Assembly (NCBI GenBank): GCA_964486045.1
Contig: CAZALK010000002.1
Coordinates: 265,811 to 329,810 of the forward strand
Direction of reading: 5' to 3'
Length of the DNA: 64,000 nt
DNA from: an uncultured archaeon
GTDB lineage: Archaea > Asgardarchaeota > Lokiarchaeia > Sigyniarchaeales > SOKP01
Of this stretch, positions 30,044-38,266 are shown one piece after another. Each line of letters starts with the position of its first letter. Within the stretch, counting starts at the first letter, position 1. Below the pieces are notes generated by a model. That model was not told the DNA's origin, did no database searches, and was given only the letters and a program-made list of their open reading frames with translations. A program made the position numbers and the translations under genes.

Positions 30044-30103
30044 ATGAGGTGTAATACAAAATTCTTACAAATTCTTTAGTCAGATTAATTCTTACTCACG
30101 TTA

Positions 30104-30721
30104 TTATTCAATTTTTCGCAGCATAGCCCAATACGGAATACTAGTTTCTGGAATTATTCCTTCTTCAACAATTTTAAATCCAAAATATTGATAGAAAGTT
30201 ACATTTTTTTCCTTATTAGTTTCTAAATAACAAGGTACATTTTGCTTATCAATCTCCGCAAGTTTCGTTCTTAATAATTGACCTGCATAACCTTTACCCT
30301 GATAAACAGGATCTACACCAATAGGATATAAGTACCAATGAGAAAAATTAGCATACTTTTTATGGCATGATTCTTCACATTTGAATATAGGTTCATACCT
30401 CTTACTATACTCTTTTCCCAAACTTAAACCAAGTTCTCTACCACCACATTTATACCTCTTCTCTCGTATCATTTCAGCTTCCCAAAAAGGCAGCCAAACA
30501 GCAACTCCTTCGAGATTTGGAGAAGTACCAAATACTTCACCGAACATAATTCCATAGCGTACAAAAAACTCATAAATTTCTGGCAGTTTTACTCTTTTTT
30601 CATATATATTAGGAAATAAGTGATCAAATGTTGGATAATCGTAGAACGCTCGAGTAAGCATTTTACCTGCTATCTTAGCTTGTTCTTCAGTTAAACGAAT
30701 AAGATTATTTGATCCACTCAT
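30104..30721 (-). CDS. GNAT family N-acetyltransferase
   Basis: HWYLYPIGVDPVYQGKGYA, CYLET and NVTFYQYFGF. Confidence 0.92.
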   Translation of the reverse strand: MSGSNNLIRLTEEQAKIAGKMLTRAFYDYPTFDHLFPNIYEKRVKLPEIYEFFVRYGIMFGEVFGTSPNLEGVAVWLPFWEAEMIREKRYKCGGRELGLSLGKEYSKRYEPIFKCEESCHKKYANFSHWYLYPIGVDPVYQGKGYAGQLLRTKLAEIDKQNVPCYLETNKEKNVTFYQYFGFKIVEEGIIPETSIPYWAMLRKIE

Positions 30722-30943
30722 AATAATAAAATATATTTAAATTTGTTTTTAACATTTATTTAGGCACCAATTGAGAATTCTGAACAAGTGGAATAATGTG
30801 AACTAAGATATTTCATGTAATAAAAAATATTGAATTAAAAAATAATTATTTCAAATTCGTGAAACAGACCTTTCACGAAGATCTCAATTTATAAGGATCG
30901 ATTTGAAGTAAAATTATATATTAAAAAAATAATCTTATCATAT

Positions 30944-31327
30944 ATGCATAAGGAAGAAGTAGAGCTGTTTCTTAAACGAGCTGAAAATTTTTTGGATGGA
31001 GCCCAAGAAAGATTCCAGAAAAATGATTGGGATTTAACTTGTTTTATGGCAGAACAATCAGCTCAACTTTTTGTAAAAGCGATTATTCTTGAAAAAGGTG
31101 GAGAGCTTCCAAAAACCCATTCAATTAGAAAATTATTTGGGATGCTCTATCAATTAACCAACAACGAAATATTTAAATACGATAGAAAAGCCCTAATATT
31201 TCTCGAAAGTGCATATTTGAATACTCGATATTTTAATTTCAAGTATGAAAAGGAAGATGCTGAAGAAGCTCTAAAGATAGCAGAAGAGGTAAAAGGATAT
31301 GTCAAAGATGTTAGAGATGATGATTAG
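30944..31327 (+). CDS. HEPN-domain protein
   Basis: AEQSAQL, PKTHSIRKL and YLNTRY. Confidence 0.9.
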   Translation: MHKEEVELFLKRAENFLDGAQERFQKNDWDLTCFMAEQSAQLFVKAIILEKGGELPKTHSIRKLFGMLYQLTNNEIFKYDRKALIFLESAYLNTRYFNFKYEKEDAEEALKIAEEVKGYVKDVRDDD

Positions 31328-31652
31328 GATGAGGGAGATGCTTAAAAATTATAGGGTATATTTAAAAAGGATTAATGAGAGCATTAGAACTGTTTTAGAT
31401 GATTCAGAAGTCTATTTGTTCGGCAGTATCATTGACGGAAATCTAGTCGGTGCAAGTGATATTGACATACTCATAGTCGCGGATGTCCCCAAGAAACACT
31501 TGAGAAGAGCCGAAATAATCGCTAAAATTGAGGAGAATGCAGGTTTACCTCTTAGTCATCCATTTGAATTTCATCTAATAACTGAAAATGAACTCAATAC
31601 TTGGTTAAAAATTTATAAACTAAAAATTGAGAAGATCTCATCATATCTATAG
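31299..31652 (+). CDS. MNT antitoxin
   Basis: VYLFGS...SDIDILI...PFEFHL. Confidence 0.9.
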   Translation: MSKMLEMMIRMREMLKNYRVYLKRINESIRTVLDDSEVYLFGSIIDGNLVGASDIDILIVADVPKKHLRRAEIIAKIEENAGLPLSHPFEFHLITENELNTWLKIYKLKIEKISSYL

Positions 31653-31821
31653 ATTAAAAATTATTCTTTCTGAATTCTGAATATATCGACAAGAATATTT
31701 TCGATCATGGGGATATCTTGTAATTCAGCGACTTGATTCGTCTTAGAAAATTTTTCGAAAGTCCAGGCATATTTTTCACGTATGTCAATTATATTTTGTT
31801 TTAAATAGGAGACTTAACTTC

Positions 31822-32199
31822 TTATCCTCTTTTTACTTGCCCTTTAAAAGATGAAAATTGGTTGAAGATTTTAGCATCTCCTTCAACTTTAGCAAAGATA
31901 TTTACGGGAGAAGCTGCTTTTGGTTTGTCGTCTTTACTAGCAGGGGTAGGTCCAAAAAAGATACAAAATCCATTCCCACTGGGCCAAAACCCAATATCTC
32001 CTACTTCACATTCAACTTGAGAATTTTCTTGCCCCAAAGAGACGGGAATTTCACCATACAATTCTTCCCCCCACCGGGTGAGATTTACAGTAAAGGGTAA
32101 TGCATTCCATATTTCTTCACATGTCTTAGGGTTCTTATCTTTGAGGAGTCTAGCTTTTATTTGCCCTATTTTTTCATTTTCAATAATAATATATTCCAT
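31822..32199 (-). CDS. Cyclophilin-like fold protein (TM1367/DUF369-like)
   Basis: ALPF...WGEELY, GDIGFWPSGNGFCIFFGPTP. Confidence 0.88.
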   Translation of the reverse strand: MEYIIIENEKIGQIKARLLKDKNPKTCEEIWNALPFTVNLTRWGEELYGEIPVSLGQENSQVECEVGDIGFWPSGNGFCIFFGPTPASKDDKPKAASPVNIFAKVEGDAKIFNQFSSFKGQVKRG

Positions 32200-32281
32200 A
32201 GGAAAATCAAGATTTAAAGAAATTTTTAATTCTAAGTAAGTGATTTTATTATTTAAACGAAATTGATTTTTACCAATTTAG

Positions 32282-33094
32282 ATGATTTTAGAAAGAACTG
32301 TAGAATTTGTTAACCAAACCTTTATTAGTTATAACATTAAACCTCCAAAAATTTCCAAGATTGTAGTAGGCTTAGGTTATACAGGTGTAGAAGTTTCAGC
32401 TAATATTTATGATCCTATTCTAGGATTAGCATCTACTCTTATGAATGTGATTACTATGAAAGATCGTTCTACAATTGAATTCGCAGGAAATTTAACTAAC
32501 AAAACTCTAATAGAATTAATGAATTGGTCTTACGAGCCACCAAGTATAAAAAGAATTATAGGAATAGCAACTCTTAATGCAGCTTCTCAATATCTTTTTA
32601 AATTAATACAACCTCCTGCTAGATTGAACAGAGCCTTAATTCAACAATTAGCGATTAAAAGAGATACAACAATTACAGTTATTGGATTAATGAAACCTTT
32701 AGTACGAAAACTAAGCAAATACACAAAATATATCTCATTAATAGAGGATGTTATTCCGATCTCACCAGAATTTAATAAATTTAGTTTTAAAAATACTATC
32801 GATAAATTAAATGATACTAATCTCGTCACTGATATCTTAATTTGCACTGGAACTGTTTTGATAAATAATACTATTGAAAAAATTTTAAAATTATTCAAGA
32901 ATAAAGCTCGAAAAATAATTTTAATCGGACCCTCTGCAAGTATGATCCCGGATATATTATTTGAAAATGGTGTTAATATAGTTGGGGGCATGGAAATAGT
33001 TGACTCAGAAGCAACATTACGAGTTTTACAAGAAGGAGGAGGAACTAAGTTATTTAAGCAATATGGAAAAAAGTACAATTTAATAAAGGAATAA
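32282..33094 (+). CDS. DUF364 Rossmann-like protein
   Basis: GIATLNA, CTGTVLINNT, IGPSA and GVNIVGG. Confidence 0.85.
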   Translation: MILERTVEFVNQTFISYNIKPPKISKIVVGLGYTGVEVSANIYDPILGLASTLMNVITMKDRSTIEFAGNLTNKTLIELMNWSYEPPSIKRIIGIATLNAASQYLFKLIQPPARLNRALIQQLAIKRDTTITVIGLMKPLVRKLSKYTKYISLIEDVIPISPEFNKFSFKNTIDKLNDTNLVTDILICTGTVLINNTIEKILKLFKNKARKIILIGPSASMIPDILFENGVNIVGGMEIVDSEATLRVLQEGGGTKLFKQYGKKYNLIKE

Positions 33095-33132
33095 CGTATT
33101 ATTGAATTATAAGAACTTTAAACCTTCTAACA

Positions 33133-33660
33133 ATGACAGCAGAATATACTTTTAAGTGTATAGTGATTGGACCAGGTGCTGTAGGAAAGTCCAGTCTTGT
33201 GCGTCGATTTGTTGATAATAAATTCGAGCTTAGTTATAAATTTACAATAGGAGTAGATTTTTTTGCTAACATTATAGAATATGAAAAGAGGAAATTTGCT
33301 AAACTCTCAATTTGGGATGTAGGGGGTCAAGAACGCTTCAGAGTTCTACGTCGTAGTTTTTATGAAGGAACGCATGGTGCCCTATTGGTTTTCGATCTTT
33401 CGAGGGCAAACACGTTTCATAAAATGAAAGACTGGTTTATAGATTTATGTAGCTTAATTAAAGAAAAGATACCTATTGTAGTTTTAGGTAATAAAGCTGA
33501 TTTAATACCTGATATTGGTGAAGTAATAAATAAAAATGAGCCTAAACAATTTGCAGAAGGAGAAGAAAGTGTATATATTGAAACTTCTGCAAAAACTGGT
33601 GATAATGTTGAAAAAGCGTTTGTTGAGCTTACACGGCGAATGAAGAAGCACAATTCTTAA
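33133..33660 (+). CDS. Rab-like small GTPase
   Basis: GPGAVGKS, TIGVDF, WDVGGQERF, NKAD and TSAK. Confidence 0.95.
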   Translation: MTAEYTFKCIVIGPGAVGKSSLVRRFVDNKFELSYKFTIGVDFFANIIEYEKRKFAKLSIWDVGGQERFRVLRRSFYEGTHGALLVFDLSRANTFHKMKDWFIDLCSLIKEKIPIVVLGNKADLIPDIGEVINKNEPKQFAEGEESVYIETSAKTGDNVEKAFVELTRRMKKHNS

Positions 33661-33894
33661 TCCGGCTATTATTTATGTCTAGATGCGTAGATTCCAAGAA
33701 TAATTAACTTTCGGTATTGAAAATATTTAAATATCTAACCAAGATTATTTAATAAACCATATTTTAATCTTAAAAAATATTAATAATTTCAAGTATAGTA
33801 GACACACTTCAGCAAAGTGAGGTGTTTTAAAGTCTCCCTCTTAAAAAACCAGTTTATTGTGGTTTTTTCTCGAAGTGGCGCAGCTTGGTGACCT

Positions 33895-34437
33895 ATGATG
33901 GCAAGTCTCTATGTTTTTAAAGTTATTTTGATCGGATCAGGAGCGGTGGGAAAGACAAGTCTATTGCATCGATTCGTCGAGAATCAATTCACCTTTCGTT
34001 ATAAATTAACGATAGGAGCAGATTTCCTTTCAAAAACTATCGATGGATACCCAAAACCAGATATTAAATGTAAATTACAAATATGGGACATTGGTGGACA
34101 AGACCGATACAAATTCCTTCGAGCAAGTTTTTTTGATGGAGCTAATGGGGCATTAGTGGTTTTCGATATCTCAAGATGGCATACATTCAAAGAACTAGAT
34201 GATTGGATTTCAGATTTACAAGAATTTGCAAGAAAAGATATACCTTTTGTATTGATTGGAAATAAAGCAGATTTAATAGAAGATATTGGTGGAGAGTATG
34301 ATAAAGATAGTGCTGAAGATCTAGCTAAAAGAGAAAATAGTATGTTTATCTCTACCTCTGCCAAAACAGGTGAAAATGTTGAGGATGCCTTTTTAAATCT
34401 AACTAGTAAAATGTTTAAAAATGCAAAGGTTAAGTAG
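33895..34437 (+). CDS. Rab-like small GTPase
   Basis: GSGAVGKT, TIGADF, KLQIWDIGGQ, NKAD and TSAK. Confidence 0.95.
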   Translation: MMASLYVFKVILIGSGAVGKTSLLHRFVENQFTFRYKLTIGADFLSKTIDGYPKPDIKCKLQIWDIGGQDRYKFLRASFFDGANGALVVFDISRWHTFKELDDWISDLQEFARKDIPFVLIGNKADLIEDIGGEYDKDSAEDLAKRENSMFISTSAKTGENVEDAFLNLTSKMFKNAKVK

Positions 34438-37400
34438 AATCTTCGATTCGTATAATAGCAAGGGATAGCAGGTTCGTATAGAATTTAGCTAAGTTCCTTC
34501 TTTTCATTTCATTTTTTACATCCTCATATTCAAAGGATAAACCGTCTAATTTTTTTTTTGCTATCTGGATATCCTTCTCAATAAACCGTATTTCCTCCTC
34601 GAATTTCTTGATTTTTTGAATTCTTTCATACTTCTTTGTTTCATCTCTTAAATTGTTAATATTCTGAAGTTGTCGACTAGTAGGTTTTTTGTTTTTATTA
34701 TTAAGTAGTTTTTGATTTAATGATTCTATTTTAATATTTAACACCTTTCTGTTATGTGAATAAATTTTCTTCTTTTTCTCTTGTTCCTTGGCAAATATTT
34801 TGTCGTTGAGAGTTTTAATTTCTCTTTTCCATATGGATGTTTTAGATTTTATTATTCTTTTAGCCTGGGTTTGAAGATTTGGTATAACTTCAGTTTTGTT
34901 ATCTAAAGATATGGGATGATGATTGAACTCAAAACTATTTTCAAAGTTTTCCATATTTAAAACAAAATCCTGTAAATCCTTTATTTCTCTTCCATCTTTA
35001 TCTACTAGTACAGGTAATATCTGGTTTTCAATTATGTATCCTTGAAACTTAACTGTAAAAACAAATAAGTAGAATTCATTTTGGTGTGAAATTTTAGAAT
35101 CAATATTTACTGGTAAAGATTTTCTCTTCAAATTCAAGATTGTGTAAGTTCCTTTAAATGAATCACTTAAACAATAATTAAGAATTGTATTAATTAGAGG
35201 GTGCCCTAAAGCAAAAAAATCAAATTCCTCTCTCTCTCTTGCCAAATCTAAATTAAATGTTCCAATATATTCATCTAGGAGCTTATATTTCTGGTTTTTT
35301 ACTAATTCCTCACTTACTCTTATTTTTGAAAGAAATCGGTCAATTATTCCTGTATTATCTACTTTTTCTTGAAGTTTTTCCAATATTCCATATTTATTAT
35401 TTTTAAGATTTAGAAAGTAGGTAATGAGTAAATAAAGTTCATTATGAGTAAGTTTTACATCTAAGCAAGATGCCAACGAACTAATAGAACTTTCCATTTG
35501 AAAAGACTTCTTATCAATCATTAAGTCATCTAATTGCATTTCAATTTCTTTTGCCCTATGAATTTCTTCATCTAATGTTCGATAAAATTCGTTCAATTTC
35601 TTTCTCTTTTTCCTGTCATCCTCAGCAAAAATAACGTTTTTTAGATCACGTTCAATTCTCCCTATTATGGGTTCTAATACACCTACTGATTCTTCGAATA
35701 AGTTGATTCTTTTTAACAAAGCAAAAATTACGTCTGTTTCAACTGTTCCCTCCATATAGAAGTTGTAGATAAATATCTCTCTGGATTCTTGTCCTATTCT
35801 GTCAAGGCGCCCAATTCTTTGTTCTAGTTTCATTGGATTCCATGGTAGATCATAATTTATGAGCGTTCTACAGAATTGAAAATTACGACCCTCACCTCCA
35901 ATTTCTGTGGATAACAATATTGAAAAGTTTTGATCACCCCGAAATCTCTCAACTGCTTGATCCTTTTGATCTTTGTCTAATCCTCCATAAAATATTTCTA
36001 TAGAATAATCACTATTTTGTTTTTTTAGCAAATCCTTTAAATAATTAAGTGTATCAACGAATTGGGTAAATATTATTAACTTCTCTTTTGGATTACGAGA
36101 ATAAATCTGATGAAGAATCTCGAGCAATTTATCAGATTTTGAATCGTAAGAGATATTTTTTAATTTAATATAGAATTCATTTAGGATCTTTTGTTGGTTA
36201 AACACATTTGAACCTAATTCAATTTGTTCTTCAGTAAATTTATCTTTATATTTTTCGAATGCAACTGAATCGAGAAACTCATCTTCTAACTCTAACTCAT
36301 AAAATTCTGGATCCTCTTCTTTAATGGCATCAAAATTTAGAAAAATATTTTTATACCTTTTAATCTGTTCTAATCTTCTTTCAAGACTTTTTAAAATGGC
36401 ATATTTTGAGCTAGTTAACAATTTCTGTAAAGTTGTTAATACAAATCCTAAGCCTACATTTTCTTTACTTGGAGATGAATTATAAATCTGAGCGAGATAT
36501 AGACGAATTTCATTATAGACGCTTAACTCTTCTTTAGTAGGATTGACAACAATGGTGTAAACAATTCTTTTGTTAAGATATTCTTCAGTGAAAATGTTTT
36601 TCTTTCGATTTCTTATTAAGAATTTTGACAACGTGTGGTCCTGTTCAATTTTCGTTAATATTTTCTGTCTAAAAGATTCGTTTTTAATTTCTGTTAGTAT
36701 TTGCCTATTACTTTTGTCTTTACTAATGTATTTAAGATCTTTTAGAAGGTTTACTGTAGTTTTTACTTCGAAATTATTTAATCTATCAATTTGTTTTATA
36801 TTGTTAATTAGAAGATTGATAAAAGGCATATTCTTTCGAAAATGTTCAAAATCACTGAAAGAATTAAATGATTCAGGCGAAATCAGCTCAATCAATGAAA
36901 ATAACTCAAATGAATGGAGTTGCAATGGTGTAGCTGTTAACAATAGCATGCATTCTGAGTTAAAGCTTAAACTTTTAGCTAATTCATAATTTAACGTTTC
37001 TCTGTATCTACCTGTAGTTGAATTGATTAAATATCGCCTTAAATGATGAGCTTCATCAAATATTACAATATCCCAGGAAATTGCAGATATTAATTCAATA
37101 TATTTTTGATTTCGAGCAAATTGGAGTGAACAAATAATTAAATTTTCATAATAAAAAGGATTTTGATACTTCTCGGCACTTCTATAGTTTCCTATACGCT
37201 CTAATTCCTTTATTTTTTTCCCATCATAAATAGTGAAATTGATTGAGAACTTATTTTTCATCTCAAACTGCCATTGTTTTACTAATGAAGCAGGTACAAT
37301 TATTATAATGCGTTCGACAAGATTTCTTGCCATCATCTCTTTTATGTATATTCCAGCTTCTATTGTTTTCCCTAGTCCAACTTCATCTGCTAGGATAATC

Positions 37401-38044
37401 CTTGGAAAAAATTCTTCAGATAATCGATGGGTAACATTTATTTGATGTGGCATTAACGTTAAACGAGAATTCGTAATACATTTAATCTGATATGAGGTAT
37501 AATACGAGCTAAAGAGATTTGCCCAATATTTAATCAAGAATTGTTGTGGGGGGTCAATTTGACCTTGGGAAATTTGCATATGGATATTAGGTATATATTT
37601 AGAATAAATCTCAGATTCATTTATTTGAGATAATTTTCCACTTTCTTTTAAAAATTCATAAGAGATTTTCCCATCCCTAATTATAAAGTCTTTAGAATTT
37701 ATTATCCCAATTCCTTGTTTACTTTGAACTTTTTCGTCTATATCAAAAATAAAATGAATCAAATCAATAGGATGTATAATTTTTACTATATCATTTTTGA
37801 AACGGACTTTAAATTTCGAGAATAATCGAGTATCATCGTCATCCAAAGATTTTGAAGTAGGAATTTCGATTTTTCTCATAATTCTCCCAATTCCTAAATC
37901 AGGATTTAGCCTATAAATAATTAAATTTCCCTTGTTAAACTTCTGACCCTGGCAATAGATATTAAAACATTTAGAATACTTCGATTCTAATTCCTTCCTA
38001 CAGAATGGACAATTAAACTTATAGTGATTTATCTTGGGAATCAT
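34430..38044 (-). CDS. SNF2-family (RapA/HepA-like) helicase with C-terminal coiled coil
   Basis: LADEVGLGKT, DEAHH, LTATP, GGEGRN and PWNPMKLEQRIGRLDRIGQ. Confidence 0.93.
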   Translation of the reverse strand: MIPKINHYKFNCPFCRKELESKYSKCFNIYCQGQKFNKGNLIIYRLNPDLGIGRIMRKIEIPTSKSLDDDDTRLFSKFKVRFKNDIVKIIHPIDLIHFIFDIDEKVQSKQGIGIINSKDFIIRDGKISYEFLKESGKLSQINESEIYSKYIPNIHMQISQGQIDPPQQFLIKYWANLFSSYYTSYQIKCITNSRLTLMPHQINVTHRLSEEFFPRIILADEVGLGKTIEAGIYIKEMMARNLVERIIIIVPASLVKQWQFEMKNKFSINFTIYDGKKIKELERIGNYRSAEKYQNPFYYENLIICSLQFARNQKYIELISAISWDIVIFDEAHHLRRYLINSTTGRYRETLNYELAKSLSFNSECMLLLTATPLQLHSFELFSLIELISPESFNSFSDFEHFRKNMPFINLLINNIKQIDRLNNFEVKTTVNLLKDLKYISKDKSNRQILTEIKNESFRQKILTKIEQDHTLSKFLIRNRKKNIFTEEYLNKRIVYTIVVNPTKEELSVYNEIRLYLAQIYNSSPSKENVGLGFVLTTLQKLLTSSKYAILKSLERRLEQIKRYKNIFLNFDAIKEEDPEFYELELEDEFLDSVAFEKYKDKFTEEQIELGSNVFNQQKILNEFYIKLKNISYDSKSDKLLEILHQIYSRNPKEKLIIFTQFVDTLNYLKDLLKKQNSDYSIEIFYGGLDKDQKDQAVERFRGDQNFSILLSTEIGGEGRNFQFCRTLINYDLPWNPMKLEQRIGRLDRIGQESREIFIYNFYMEGTVETDVIFALLKRINLFEESVGVLEPIIGRIERDLKNVIFAEDDRKKRKKLNEFYRTLDEEIHRAKEIEMQLDDLMIDKKSFQMESSISSLASCLDVKLTHNELYLLITYFLNLKNNKYGILEKLQEKVDNTGIIDRFLSKIRVSEELVKNQKYKLLDEYIGTFNLDLAREREEFDFFALGHPLINTILNYCLSDSFKGTYTILNLKRKSLPVNIDSKISHQNEFYLFVFTVKFQGYIIENQILPVLVDKDGREIKDLQDFVLNMENFENSFEFNHHPISLDNKTEVIPNLQTQAKRIIKSKTSIWKREIKTLNDKIFAKEQEKKKKIYSHNRKVLNIKIESLNQKLLNNKNKKPTSRQLQNINNLRDETKKYERIQKIKKFEEEIRFIEKDIQIAKKKLDGLSFEYEDVKNEMKRRNLAKFYTNLLSLAIIRIEDST

Positions 38045-38266
38045 TCTCTTTATATATGATTTAATGTAAACAAAAGTAAAAATTTTTGTTTTTTCGATTT
38101 AAGCAATTTAAATGTCTGTCTTAAGGAGTTCCTAGGATATAAAAATCGAAATTATGATGCGAAAAAAGCAGTTATAAGTTTTTAAAATCAAAGTGTAATA
38201 GTTAGATTCAAATTAAAACAACATTTTAATTTAACAGTACTATAAACATATTTTTATTTAGATAAT

